From Octopus sinensis (taxonomy: Eukaryota), in assembly GCF_006345805.1 (NCBI RefSeq), contig NC_043016.1:29946001-30010000 (forward strand): a stretch of 64,000 nt of DNA, in the 5' to 3' direction. The position numbers and the translations under genes were made by a program. Below are positions 39,574 through 52,769 of the stretch, piece after piece. The notes under the pieces are model-generated. The model had not been told where the DNA came from. It searched no databases and saw only the letters and a program-made list of their open reading frames with translations. Position 1 is the stretch's first letter. Each line of letters begins with the position of its first letter.

Positions 39574-42500
39574 CCTCTTGCACTCCAAGTTTTTTGTAAC
39601 ATTACTGTACAACAATAGCATAGGCTTCCATGTACTTCTCATACTATACACACACACACACAACTTTGTGATATCATAATGACATATCTTCTGATTGATG
39701 TAGCCTTTCTTACTGTGTGAAGATACTTTAGACACTTTATTCTTACTTAGCTAATTAAATCAAATAAGTTGAAGTTTTGTTTGTTTGCTCACCTTGAAAT
39801 GGCATGTGTTCACTTGGAATTATAAATACTGTTGTCTCATATGGTTTATATACATATTTTTCTTCTGCAAAATAGTTTGGTCTTGTAGTATCAACATATT
39901 TTACTAGTATAGGAGTGGCTGTGGTATGTAGCTTGCTTACAAACCACATGATTCTGGGTTCAGTCCCACTGCATGACACCTTGGGCAAATGTCTTCTACT
40001 ATAGCCTCGGGCCAACCAAAGCCTTGTGAATGGATTTGGTAGATGGAAACTGAAAGTAGCCTGTCATATATATATATATATATATATATATGTTTGTCCC
40101 CCTCCCCCAAACATCGCTTGACAACTGATGTTGGTGTGTTTACGTCCCCATAACTTAATGGTTTGGCAAAAGAGACTTATAGAATAAGTACTAGGCTTAC
40201 AAAGAATAAGTCCTAGGGTCGACTTGTTCAACTAAAAAAAGGCGGTGCTCCAGCATGGCCGCAGTCAAATGACTGAAACAAATAAAAGAATAAAAAGAAA
40301 AAGAAAAAATATTAATAATTAATAGGAGTGTACTGACATAGTTTCTCTCCACTATTATTCTCCAGTGACCACCCTTTCTGTTCTAGCATTTATTTCTCCC
40401 TCTCTTCTGAACTTCATCGTACTGCCACCTGCACATCATTCCTAAAACCCTCTTATTGACAACCAACCATCTTTATTTTCCACTTGATATATTCACCCCT
40501 ATATACCTCTGACCTCCTCAACCCTATCATCAAAGGTTACTCAATCTCTTTCTCGAAAGTTTAGCAACTTTCACCCATTCACCTATAATCTCCCTAATGT
40601 CATCATTATCTAGTTTTATTATTATTATTATCATCATCATCATCATCAAGGTGGTGAGCTGGCAGAATCATTAGCATGCTGGACAAAATCTTTAGCAGCA
40701 TTCGCCCATTGCTACATTCTGAGTTCAAATTCCACTGAGGTCGACTTAACCTTTCATTCTTTTGGGGTTGATAAACTAAGTACCAGTTGAGTACTGGGAT
40801 CATTGTAATAAACTATTATTCTGTTACTCTTCACTCTTTCTGCACTGCCAGTCATCACCACCTTTCCCCTAAGCCACTTCTATTGACACCCACTCTCATT
40901 CTTTTCACCTCACATTTACCATTAACCACACCTCCATTCTTGATCACCATTCACTACAGTTATTCTTATTCCCATCTCCAACTGTCGTTCACTCTCTTCC
41001 CTTGCAACCTTTACCTATCTGCCCTTCTTGATCTGTTCCCAGTCTCTCTCTTATTTACCTTCTTGTACCTTGAGGTTGTGGAGACACATGGCCCAGCGGT
41101 TAGAGCAGTGAACTCGCAGTCGAGGGATCACGGGTTCGAATCTCAGACTGGGCGATGTGTGTGTTTATGAGCAAAACACCTAAGCTCCATGCAGCTCCGG
41201 CAGAAGGTAATGGCAAACTTCTGATGACTCTTTCGCCACAACTTTCTCTCACTCTTTCCTCCTGCATCCCATCCAGGTGGGGAACCTATACACCAAGGAA
41301 ACCGGCCCTATGAGCCAGGCATGGCTCAAGAAGGCAAAACAACCTTGAGGTTACTTTTGTCACCACTATCTTTATCCCTCATTCCAGCTCTAGGCCCATT
41401 ACATTCACTAACTCTCATATAATGCATGGTATCATATATCTTCTCTACAACAACAAACCTGTTCTGGTCTTTTTATCATACTTTAACTTCTTAACACCTA
41501 ATGTAAAGCTTGCCTCCTTAACTACTACACTCATGTAGCCGAGAATACTCTTACGTGCTACATGGCCACCTCACTAACATTGATGCCATGAAAAAAAAAA
41601 AAGTACCCAGTACACTCTTTAAATAGTTGGTATCAGGAAGGGCACCCAGCCATAGAAACCATGTCAGAGCAGACACTGGAGCTTGGTGCTGTCCATCCCA
41701 CTGGATCCTGTCAAGCACTCCAGCCACACAGTATTCTCTCTATCATTCTTGCATGAAAATGCAAGTTTCCTCCATCAAAGAATGTTGCCTTTTATCACAG
41801 TCCCTCGTAATTTCTTTTATAAGGTCCAGCATTTTGAGTTCAGTTTTTAACATTTTATCTACAATACAATTCCAATACTATGTTACCTACCTGCAGTTTG
41901 TTTTGACCACATCTCTTGATTGTGGCCTACAACAGATAGTCCTGTACAAATACCTGGTTATTCTCTATATTAAAATTCTGAAGGCAGGTTATCTTAACCT
42001 GCCTTCAAATACTTTGAGTAGTACTTCTCTAAATGACTGTTTAAGCTTCTAAATCTTCCTTCTCCAAGCTGTTTTAATCCTCTGAGTTCACCTAGTTGTA
42101 ATTCTGAAATAAGTAATCACAATACTCTATCAGATGATACATGCTTCACCTGCAAAATCATAGCATTTAATGCTATCTGTCTATTTTGAGGTCCGGTGAG
42201 AATAAAGTCTGTCTGTCTGTCTGTCTATCTATCTACCTACTTACCTATCCACCTATCTATTGGAAATGACTGGAGAAGATGGTGTCATATGGGACTAGTA
42301 AACTCTGAAACAGAAAGAATCCTTCACTACAACCAGATGCATGAAAACAGATAGCAAATCTTGCAAATTAACACTGTCCCAGTTGTGACTTTGCCGTCAG
42401 GTCCATTGCTGGCTTAACAAACCATCTCCATGCTCATGCTACTCATATGTATGTCTGACATGTGCAACCTACAACTGATTATATAAAACACTGAATATAC

Positions 42501-43734
42501 ATATGCACAGGCATTAAATTGCATAAAGTTCTTTCTCCACATTAAAATTGTAATAATGAAAATAAATGAAGTGTACTGTAAGATTTTTATCTGTGGATGG
42601 TATGTTTCTTTCTCTGTGTGTGTGTGTGTGTGTATGAGGTATGAAGTTTGCTCCCCATCTACATGGCACATTAGGCAAGCATCTCCTTGTATAGCCTCAG
42701 GTCAACCAAAGCCTGGGAGAGTGGATTTGATAAATGGAAACTGAAAGAAGCCCATCATATATATCCATATATACATATTGGACTTGTAATTGTAAGATTG
42801 TGGTTTTGATTCCTGGATCAAGCAATGCATTGTATTCTTTGTGTGCAACTTAGAGGTTCAGCAAAAGAGGTTGATTGAATAAGTACTAGGCTTTAAAAAA
42901 TTAATACTGGAATTAACTTATTTGATTAAAACACTTCTAGGTGATGTCCCAGCATGGCCACAATCTAACGACTGGAAAAAGTAAAAGATAAAAAAAGATA
43001 TGTATGTATGTATCTATATATATATATATGCACACACACATATATAAATACAAACACATATTTCTTTATTGCCCACAGGGGGCTAAACATAGAGGGAACA
43101 AACAAGGACAAACAAAAGGATTAAGTTGATTAGCCCGACCCCAGTGCGTAACTGGTACTTATTTAATCACCCCCCACCAAAAAAAAAAGGATGAAAGCTA
43201 AGCTGACCTTGGCGGAATTTGAATTCATAATGTAGCGGCAGATGAAATACCGCTAAGCAATTTGCTTGGCATGCTAATGATTCTGCCAGCTTGCCCCCTT
43301 ATATATACAAACACATACAGGCACAAGCATGGTTGTGCAGTAAGAAGTTTGCTTCTCAATGAGATGGTCCTGGGTTCAGTTCCACTTCATGATACCTTGG
43401 TCAAATATCTTCTGCTATAGCTCACAGGTCGACCAAAGCCTTGAGTGGAAACTGAAAGGCGCCCACCATATATATTTGTATATCTGTATTTCTTTGAATT
43501 TATATCCACCAGCACTGGACAGTTATTGTTGGTTTGTTTACATTCCTAATAACTAAGCAGTTTGATAATAGAATGAGCATCAGGATTTAACCATGCCCCA
43601 GCATGGCTATGGTCCAATGACTGAAAAAAGTAAAAGATAAAAAGCATGCACATATTTATGTATATGTATGTAGATATATATACAAACATGTATACATACA
43701 CATATATATATACATACATATAGATATATATATA

Positions 43735-44579
43735 CAGAATGTGATGGGCACATTGTCGCCATTTTATACTTTTAATTTCACACATGTACAGTCATTGTAG
43801 GGTCAATTGGGCACCATCTGTGAGAAAAACAGTACCATGATGCAATTCACTCTGCCAGAAATTTGGAAATGACATGCTGTACTGCTTGCCATTCGCACTA
43901 GAAGCTCCAATACAAACAGATGGTTAACACACAGAACAACTGTTGGCTTGCCATATCCCCAGAACATATACAGAGTGCTAAAAATCAAACATCTAATCAA
44001 CATCATGGGTTTTGGACTGATCACTATAAATGGCAATGTTATGCCTCCATTCACCTTCCCACATGGCCTCAGATTCAACAAGGAGACCTACATCAAGAAC
44101 CTAGAGGAAGTAGTGCTGCCCTGGGTCAAGAGGATGGCTACTGGAAGACTCTATGTCTGGTAACAAGACTGCACCATGCCACACAAGCAGGAGAATCCAG
44201 TCATGGCTGTCAGACAATTTCTGTGACCACATCACCCCTAACATCAGGCTACCTGATTCCCCAGACTATTATTATGTGTGGGGCACAGTTGAGCGAGAGA
44301 CCATCAAAACTCCTTGTAACTCCAAAGATGAACTGAAGGCAAGGATTATGGCAGCATTCACCAACTTAAACAAGGAGACCGTCCAGAAGAGTTGCAGGAG
44401 ATTCCGAAGTTGTCTGGAGGTCGTGGTTGAGATCAATCATGATTTTATTGAATAAATTTACTCTTCAGTATTTCAAGATATTTTTATGCAATTTTGGTAA
44501 AATATATCTGTTAAAATGAGATGTCAGTATTATTTTCATTTTTGCGTAATTTACATGACAATATATTCACCGCACTCTG
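43735..44579 (+). mobile_element. Tc1/mariner transposon relic (maT/DD37D-like), internally deleted
   Basis: Degenerate TIRs TA|CAGAATGTGATGGGCACATTGTC ... GACAATATATTCACCGCACTCTG|TA. Peptides MPPFTFPHGLR..YIKNLEEVVLPWV and DYYYVWGTVE...CRRFRSCLEVVVEINHDFIE. Confidence 0.85.
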
Positions 44580-44623
44580 TATGTATGTGTATATATATGT
44601 GTGTATATATATATATATATTAT

Positions 44624-44667
<44 letters not shown>

Positions 44668-45029
44668 TATATATATATATAAGACATATACATACAAACA
44701 TATATATAGGCATAACTGTATATATACTAATCAACATCATTAACATTCAACATCTATGCTTCATACTACCATGTTGTTTATGTGTGAGTGTCTCTCAATA
44801 GACAGCCTTTTGAGCAGATTTTTGGCAACAGGGAGGGCACCAACCATAGAAAGTATACCTGAATGACTACTACCTGACCCATGCAAACATGAAAATGGAA
44901 CATTAAAACTTTAATGATGATATACACATACATATATACACATGTACAGGTGTGTATAAGTGCATATAAATATACACATACACACACTCACATGTATACA
45001 CATATACAAGTTAATATATATATATATAT

Positions 45030-48000
45030 ATCATCATCATCATCATCATCATCGTTTAGCGTCCGCTTTCCATGCTAGCATGGGTTGGACGGGTCAACTG
45101 GGGTCTGTGAAGCTGGAAGGCTTCATCAGGCCCAGTCACATCTGGCAGTGTTTCTACGGCTGGATGCCCTTCCTAACGCCAACCACTCCGCGAGTGTAGT
45201 GGGTGTTTTTTACGTGCCACCTGCACAGGTGCCAGACAGAGCTGGCGAACGGCCACAAACGGATGGTGCTTTTACGTGTCACCGGCACGGGGCCAGGCGA
45301 TGCTGGCAACGGACACGAACGGATGGTGCTTTTACGTGCCACCGACACGGGGCCAGACAGAGCTGGCAAACGGCCACGAGCGGACGGTGCTTTTATGTGT
45401 CACCGGCACGGGGGCCAGCCGAGGCTGGCAACGGACACGAACGGATGGTGCTTTTACGTGCCACCGACACGGGGCCAGACAGAGCTGGCAAACAGCCACG
45501 AGCGGACAGTGCTTTTACGTGTCACTGGCACGGGGGCCAGCCGAGGCTGGCAACGGACACGAACGGATGGTGCTTTTACGTGCCACCGACACGGGGCCAG
45601 ACAGAGCTGGCAAACGGCCACGAACGGATGGTGCTTTTACGTGCCACCGACACGGGGCCAGACAGAGCTGGCAAACGGCCACGAACGGACGGTGCTTTTA
45701 CGTGTCACCGGCACGGGGCCAGGCGAGGCTGGAAACGAACACGAACGGATGGTGCTTTTACGTGCCACCGACACGGGGCCAGGCAGAGCTGGCAAACGGC
45801 CACGAGCGAATGGCGCTTTTACGTATGACCGGCACGGGTGCCAGACGAGGCTGACAGCGGACACGAACGGATGGGTCACTTAACCCCTGCTTTCTGATAT
45901 ATGATTTGATTTTGATTGTTCTCACTGGTTTTGCCGGGTCTTCTCATGCACAGCATACTTCCATAGGTCTCGGTCTCTGGTCATTTCCTTGGTGAGACCT
46001 AGAGTTCGAAGGTCGTGCTGCACCACCTCGACCCAGGTTTTCCTGGGTCTACTTCTTCCACAGGTCCCCTCAACTGCCAGGGTGTGGCACTTTTTCACAC
46101 ACCTATCTTCATCCATTCTCACCACATGACCATACCAGCGCAATCGTCTCTCTTGCACACAACATCTGATTCCTCTTAGGTCCAACTTTTCTCTCAAGGT
46201 GCTTACACTCTGTCGACTATGAACACTGACATTACACATCCAACGGAGCATACTAGCTTCATTTCTCGCGAGCTTACCATGTCCTCAGCAGTCACGGCCC
46301 ATGTTTCACTGCCATGTAGCATGGCTGTTCGTACACATGCATCATACAGTCTGCCTTTTACTCTGAGCGAGAGGCCTTTAGTCACCAACAGAGGTAAGAG
46401 CTCCCTAAAATTTGCCCAGGCTATTCTTACTCTAGCCGTTACACTTTCAGCACACCCCCACCCCCACTACTGACTTGGTCACCAAGATAACGGAAGCTAT
46501 CAACTACTTCTAGTTTTTACCCCTGGAAAGTGACGGAAGTTGTTTTCTGCAGATTTTCAGAGGTTAATGCTCCCGAGCATCTGCCACATACAAAAAAACA
46601 TCTTCCTAGTTAGCCTTCCTATGACATTGCTGCACCTCTTATGTGTCCATAGCTTACACTTGGTGCATCTTATAGAGTTTCTACCTACATCTTTTCTACA
46701 GATCGAGCAGGGCCATCTACCTGAAGGCGTTTGTGATTTGTCTCTACCTTCCTACTATTAGGACTTTGGTTTTAGCTAGGTTGACTCTTAGGCCCTTCGA
46801 TTCTAAACCATGCTTCCACACCTGAAACTTTTCTCCAGTTCTGATAATGACTCAGCAATTAGAGCAAGGTCATCAGCATAGAGGAGCTCCCAGGGGCATC
46901 CTGTCTTGAATTCCTCCGTTATTGCCTGGAGGACTATGATAAATAGGAGGGGCTGAGGACTGAGCCTTGGTGGACCCCTACCTCTACCCGGAATTCTTCA
47001 CTGTACTCATTGCCAACCCTCACTTTACTAGCAGCGTCCCTGTACATGGCTTGCACAGCTCTCACTAACCATTCATCTATTCCTAGTTTCCTCATTGACC
47101 ACCATATGAGGGATCGGGGGACCCTGTCGAAGGCTTTCTCCATGTCAACAAAAGCCAGGTACAGGGGCTTATCTTTGGCTAGGTATTTCTCCTGCAGCTG
47201 CCTTACCAGGAATATAGCATCAGTGGTACTTTTCCCTGGCACAAAACCAAACTGCATCTCATCTAAACTAACTCTCTCTCTAATTAGTTGGCTTATGACC
47301 CTCTCTGTAACCTTCATCACCTGATCCAACAGCTTGATACCTCTGTAATTATTTGTATCTAGGGCATCACCTTTACCTTTGTAGCAGTTGACTATTATGC
47401 TGCTACACCAGTCATTGAGTATGACTCCTTCATGTATCACCTGATTAACTACACAGGTGACTAGGCTATAGCCGACACTACCAGATATTTGAGCATCTCT
47501 GCAGTGATACCTGATGGGCCTGGGCTTTCCCTGTCTTCATGCTTCTAATTGCCTTAGCTACTAAGGAACTATCAACCCTGATAGCTGGTCCCTCTGTTGG
47601 GTCAACGTTCGGCAGACTCTCTTTATCCCATTCATTTTCTTTATTCAGCAACCTTCATAGTGGCGTCTCCAAGCCTCTCTCTTTGCATCCTCGTTTAGCG
47701 CAAGTGAACCATCTTCCATGCGAACACACTTCTCTCCCACCACCACATCACAATTCTCTCTCACACAACTGTCTTGCAACGCGAAACACCTCCAGTCTTT
47801 GGTCCTCACGGCGAGAACATTGGCAAATTTTTTCTTATCTGCTTCCCCTCTGGCTAGATAGACCTGTCTCCTAGCTTCCCTTTTAGCAGTCTGATACAAT
47901 CCCTGCTACCACCATTCTTCCAGTGCTTCCAAGTCTGTCTCTTTTCTCTAATAGCCCTGTCTACGACACTGTTCCACCACCACGTTACCTTGGGACGAGA

Positions 48001-48975
48001 GGGGACTTTGCACCAGCCACAGATCTGGTCAGTGGCTCTCAGCAGGTTGTCCCTAGAACGTCCAGTTGTCCTCTACCCCATGTGATACTCTATCCCCTTC
48101 TACTTCGTCAAAGGCTTCAAGTAACATGTCTCTAAATCTCTGTCCATTCACAGGATCCTTAAGCTTCCAGATCCTCTTCTCCATGTTGGTCGTCTTCTGT
48201 TTGTCCTCCTACTCCTGATTCTAAAGTCACTAACTACCAGTCTATGTTGTGGGGTGCATTCTTCGCCTGGGAAGGTTTTGGCATTTATAAGTAGCCATCT
48301 CTCCCTTTGCCTGGCAAGGATGTAGTCAATTTGGCTGGTATGTTGGCCCGATCGGTAGGTGACTAGGTGGCTGGTAGGTTTCCTGAAGTTAGTGTTGCAA
48401 ATCATAAGATTATTTGCATCGCAGAACTCCAGCAGCCTGGTTCCCTCCTCGTTGCGGGAACCAGAGCCATAGCCTCCATGTACGCCGTGGAAGCTCCCAG
48501 CATGTCGTCCAACATGACCATTGAAGTCACCAGCCACAAAGAGAAGGTCTCTGTCGTTCGTCAACGAGGTAGTCTGCAGTAGAGTGTCATAGAATCGGTC
48601 TTTCTGTCCATCAGGTAGCCCCGACTGAGGAGCATAGGCTGATATAATGGTTGCTAAACTATGATGAAGCGCTAATCTAATCTTAAGTATTCTGTCGCAT
48701 ACTCTGATTACCTCCATTACTTTATCTACCCATTTCTCAGCGATAAGTATACCCACGCCTCCAACCCCGTCAGTGTTCCCTGCCCAGAAAATCTTGTACC
48801 TGTGTTCCTTGCCTGTGAGGAACCTAGCAGAACCTCCTCTCCACCTTACTTCTTGCATGCAACATATATCCACACGTCTCCGTTCAAGCATCTCAACTAT
48901 CTCGCCAGACCTACCTTTCAGTGTGCCAACGTTGAGGGTGCCAACCCTGAGGGTGTGGGAGGTATGGGCCCTACA
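45030..48975 (-). mobile_element. RTE-clade LINE, near full length (APE endonuclease + RT), frameshifted, with 3' UTR and (GAT)n tail
   Basis: APE: VGTLNVGTL..DICCMQEVRW..AGDFNGHVG..QIDYIL..QHRLVVSDF (48148-48960). RT: NYRGIKLL, QFGFVPGKSTTDAIF, AFVDMEKAFDRVP, GVHQGSVLSP, YADD (~46870). C-terminus: MLHGSETW, RLRWYGHV, RPRKTW, stop at 45922. The 3' UTR ends ...GCTAGCATGGAAAGCGGACGCTAAACGATGATGAT at ~45030. Confidence 0.95.
45202..45874. repeat. Minisatellite of 11 x 60-61 bp units inside the RTE 3' UTR
   Basis: Units starting GGTGCTTTTACGTG at about 45202, 45265, 45325, 45386, 45447, 45508, 45569, 45630, 45691, 45751 and 45812. Confidence 0.95.
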
Positions 48976-49184
48976 TACATATATATATATATGACTCATT
49001 CACTGATAACTTGTTTGTCTTTCTGTGCACTTTTCTATCTACTGTTCATACACTTTTGGCTACCTTTTCTGATGAATTGTAGTGCACCTGAGCACTGTAT
49101 ACAATAAGTTAATTACTATTATTACGTACATTTATATATTTGTATAAATATATAAAATCTAGGAGTTTGTGTGTATGTGTATAT

Positions 49185-49441
49185 ACCGTTGCCAGCGCCG
49201 CCCTGACTGGCCTCGTGCCAGTGGCACGTAAAAAGCACCATCCGTTCGTGGCCGTTTGCCAGCTCTGTCTGGCACCTGTGCAGGTGGCACGTAAAAAGCA
49301 CCCACTACACTCACGGAGTGGTTGGCGTTAGGAAGGGCATCCAGCCGTAGAAACACTGCCTTCACAGACCCCAGTAGAACTGTCCAACCAATGCTAGCAT
49401 GGAAAACGGACGCTAAACAATGATGATGATGATGATGATGA
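49185..49441 (+). mobile_element. RTE 3'-tail copy
   Basis: About 2 repeat units plus tail, with a small internal deletion. Confidence 0.85.
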
Positions 49442-49476
49442 TATATATATATATTATATATATTATATATATATAC

Positions 49477-49872
49477 ATAGGAGTGGCTGTGTGGTAAGTA
49501 GCTTGCTAACCAACCACATGGTCCCGGGTTCAGTCCCACTGCGTGGCATCTTGGGCAAGTGTCTTCTGCTATAGCCCTGGGCCGACCAATGCCTTGTGGA
49601 TGGATTTGGTAGACGGAAACTGAAAGAAGCCTGTCGTATATATGTGTATATATATATGTGTATGTATGTGTGTTTGTCCCCCTAGCATTGCTTGACAACC
49701 GATGCTGGTGTGTTTACGTCTCCGTCACTTAGCGGTTCGGCAAAAGAGACCAATAGAATAAGTACTGGGCTTACAAAGAATAAGTCCCGGGGTCGATTTG
49801 CTCGACTAAAAAGGCGGTGCTCCAGCATGGCCGCAGTCAAATGACTGAAACAAGTAAAAGAGAGAGTAAAGA
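49477..49872 (+). mobile_element. SINE family 1, full copy. Others at about 6716-7095(-), 10085-10690(-), 13700-13910(+), 14018-14210(-), 19950-20350(-), 20690-21068(-), 26095-26850(-), 37228-37560(+), 38005-38360(-), 39910-40290(+), 42650-43000(+), 43318-43640(+), 59694-60090(+), 60505-60925(-), 61293-61622(+), 63012-63403(-)
   Basis: Dispersed ~400-bp sequence with Pol III A/B boxes, shared among all listed copies. Confidence 0.88.
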
Positions 49873-49889
49873 TATATATATATATATAT

Positions 49890-50495
49890 TCAGGCCATAA
49901 CCCATGGCCCCTACCTGGGACGTAGTCAGTCCACCTGTGCATACCTCCCTTCTTGTGACACTTGTGAAGACCTGTTGAGGCAGTGAAAAAATCAAAACAA
50001 ATCAAAATAGATGAACATCAATGGAATTTGTATCTTTGTGGTACCAGTGCCGGTGGCACGTGGCACACAAGAAAACCATCCGAACGTGGCCGTAGCCAGT
50101 ACCCATCGACTGGCTCCGTGCTGTGGGCACGTAACAAGCACCATCCGATCGTGGCCGTTGCCAGCCTCATCTGGCACCTGTGTCGGTGGCACATAAAAAC
50201 ACCATCCGAGCGTGGCCGTCTGCCAGCCTCGTCTGGCACCTGTGTCGGTGGCACATAAAAAACACCATCCGAGCGTGGCCGTTTGCCAGCCCCGTCTGGC
50301 ACCTGTGTCGGTGGCACATAAAATCACCCACTACACTCTCGGAGTGGTTGCCGTTAGGAAGGGCATCCAGCTGTAGAAACACTGCCAGATCTGACTGGAC
50401 TGGTGCAGCTTTCGGGCTCCCCAGACCCCAGTTGAACCGTCCAACCCATGCTAGCATGGAAAGCGGACGTTAAATGATGATGATGATGATGATGA
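49890..50495 (+). mobile_element. RTE 3' UTR fragment with ~5 repeat units
   Basis: Same ~60-bp units (GTGGCACATAAAAACACCATCCGAGCGTGGCCG) and (GAT)n tail as the RTE. Confidence 0.85.
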
Positions 50496-51069
50496 TATAT
50501 ATATATATATAAATGCATACTCATATGTACCCCATATAGAAATACACACACACATAACATAAATAGAAACGTATAGTGTGAGTGCGTGTGTTACAGAATG
50601 CCAATGACGTTTGACCAATTTCCAAGGTGTCTCGGGTGCACAGAAGAAGAAGAAAAAAATATTTTCTTCAATCCGCCTTCCTGCACATCCATAATCGCAT
50701 CGGTATAACATCATCTGCCGCTACCGAAGTCGTTCGTGGTCGTCGTTAGAGCTGAAGATTTTCGTCAGTTCTTTTACTGCAGTCTTCCTCCATCTTCCAA
50801 CCAGTCACTCTGACAAACCGTCTCATTCACCACTTGCTCTCTCTCTCTCTCTCTCTCTCCACAGTTGGGCATATGGCTGGATATCTTCCCATGTAACGTC
50901 CACCGCACGCACCACTGACATTAAAAAAAAAACTCTTGTCACCAGTGAGCTCAGCCGATACAATTGAATCCCGAGGTCTTAGAAGGCACCATTTCATGCA
51001 TTCATAAACACATTTCACACTACCTACGTGAATACATCACGTATTCGCAGGAACATAGAATTACGCATA

Positions 51070-51100
<31 letters not shown>

Positions 51101-51176
51101 AAGAGAATATGTGCTTATGAGAAGTTGTATGTGTGTGTGTGTGTTGGAATGCGCCAGTGCAGATATGTGTGACTAC

Positions 51177-51211
<35 letters not shown>

Positions 51212-51515
51212 TACATATGTTAAGACAAGTGAAAAATTTAGATATAAGTGTGTGAAAACTTGTGTGTGTGTTGTATATATATATATGTGTGGTGGTGTAT
51301 ATATATATATGTGGTGTGTGTGGTAATATATATATATATGTGTGTGTGTGTGTATTATATATATGTGTGTGTGTGTGTGTATATATAGATGTGTGTGTGT
51401 TGTTTGTATATATATATGTGTGTGTGTGTATATATATATATGTATGTGTGTGTGTGATATTATATGTGTGGTGTGTGTGTGGTGTGTTATATATATATGT
51501 GATGTTTTGTGTGTG

Positions 51516-51548
<33 letters not shown>

Positions 51549-51695
51549 ATATATGTGTGTGTTGTGTATATATATATATATGTGTGTGTGTTGTGTGTGT
51601 ATGGAGAGGTATGTAAATGAGATTATAAAAAGGAAAATGTATGAACACATGTAAAAATACGTTTATTATATATATATATGTATACACACATACAT

Positions 51696-51727
<32 letters not shown>

Positions 51728-51730
51728 AAT
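51070..51730. repeat. Compound (GA)n/(TG)n/(TA)n microsatellite
   Basis: Direct reading. Confidence 0.95.
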
Positions 51731-52769
51731 GTACTCTATACGATTACGTAGCGGCATATTATCTATGAAAATATATATAACTGTCACCAGCTAATAGCGA
51801 CAGGCCTGTCTTCAGCCTTGCAATATTACATTTAAATACAGATGTGTGTGTGTACACGTTCACGCTGCGAGGGTGAGAGGTTGCGGCGATGAAACCGAGA
51901 TCTACACCTGGCGTGTGTAGTCTTGTTTCAGAAATTTCATTTTACATTTTTCTTCTTTATTTTTTGCATCTCAAATCCATTAGTAAATGTCTTAAGAAGT
52001 GGAATGGAACTAGAAACCCCCGAGGTAGTGACATCACATACGTAACATGTCGCTTACACACACACACACACATTTATACATATGGACGTACATACATATA
52101 CATATGTATGTATGTACATACACATTTAGGTATGTATACGCACATTACATACTCAAAATAATGCTGTATGTCTTGCAACTTGCTAATTCAGCGACGAAAA
52201 GTCCGTCTGACGAAGACGTTTGAACTCCAGAACGTTTACAGATGATCGTGAACGAAATAGCATTGGTTAAGCTCAACAGTTACTTGTCGTTTCACATAGC
52301 AAGTTCTCTCGTTGTGCCCGCATTAATATCTTTCTGATTTAAATAGCCAGCTTGTGGTTTTATCTTGTGATATCTAGCTATCAATCTAATATATTTTTTA
52401 CACCTATATATATATCTATATTATATATATATATATTATATATATACACATGGAACAACGGACACACGAAGACTATTTGCCTACCTGCCTTCTTATCTAT
52501 ATCGGCATAGAACAATGTATATACTGATGTCATCACCATACCTTTCTACCTTGTGTATACACACACACACACATATACATATGTATGTATGTATATATAT
52601 ATATATACAGCTGCATAATTATATATATTTACATATATACATGCATATATATACATATACATACATATATATCTGCATACGTATATATACATACATACAT
52701 ACATACATACACACACACACGAAAACCTATATTTTTAAAGACCTCCACATAGAATGAACAGTGTCTCTA

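Noticed and set aside
41080-41152. Possible tRNA gene
   Set aside because: A/B boxes are present, but the acceptor stem is poor and the sequence continues into a SINE body.
45202-45874. CRISPR-like repeat array
   Set aside because: There are no unique spacers or cas genes. Whole units repeat, and the array is part of a LINE 3' UTR.
45085-45883. ORFs of 247, 226 and 192 aa
   Set aside because: Open in all three frames because the GC-rich tandem unit lacks stops. They are antisense to the LINE.
48976-48999. ATG start assigned to the RTE APE ORF
   Set aside because: It lies in flanking sequence beyond the (TA)n junction. The element appears 5'-truncated.
49065-49110. CTGATGA hammerhead candidate
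   Set aside because: No downstream GAAA or NUH. Probably the 3' end of another repeat.
52195-52275. CTGACGA...GAAA hammerhead candidate
   Set aside because: No stem I or III. Better explained as a decayed reverse-complement SINE head.
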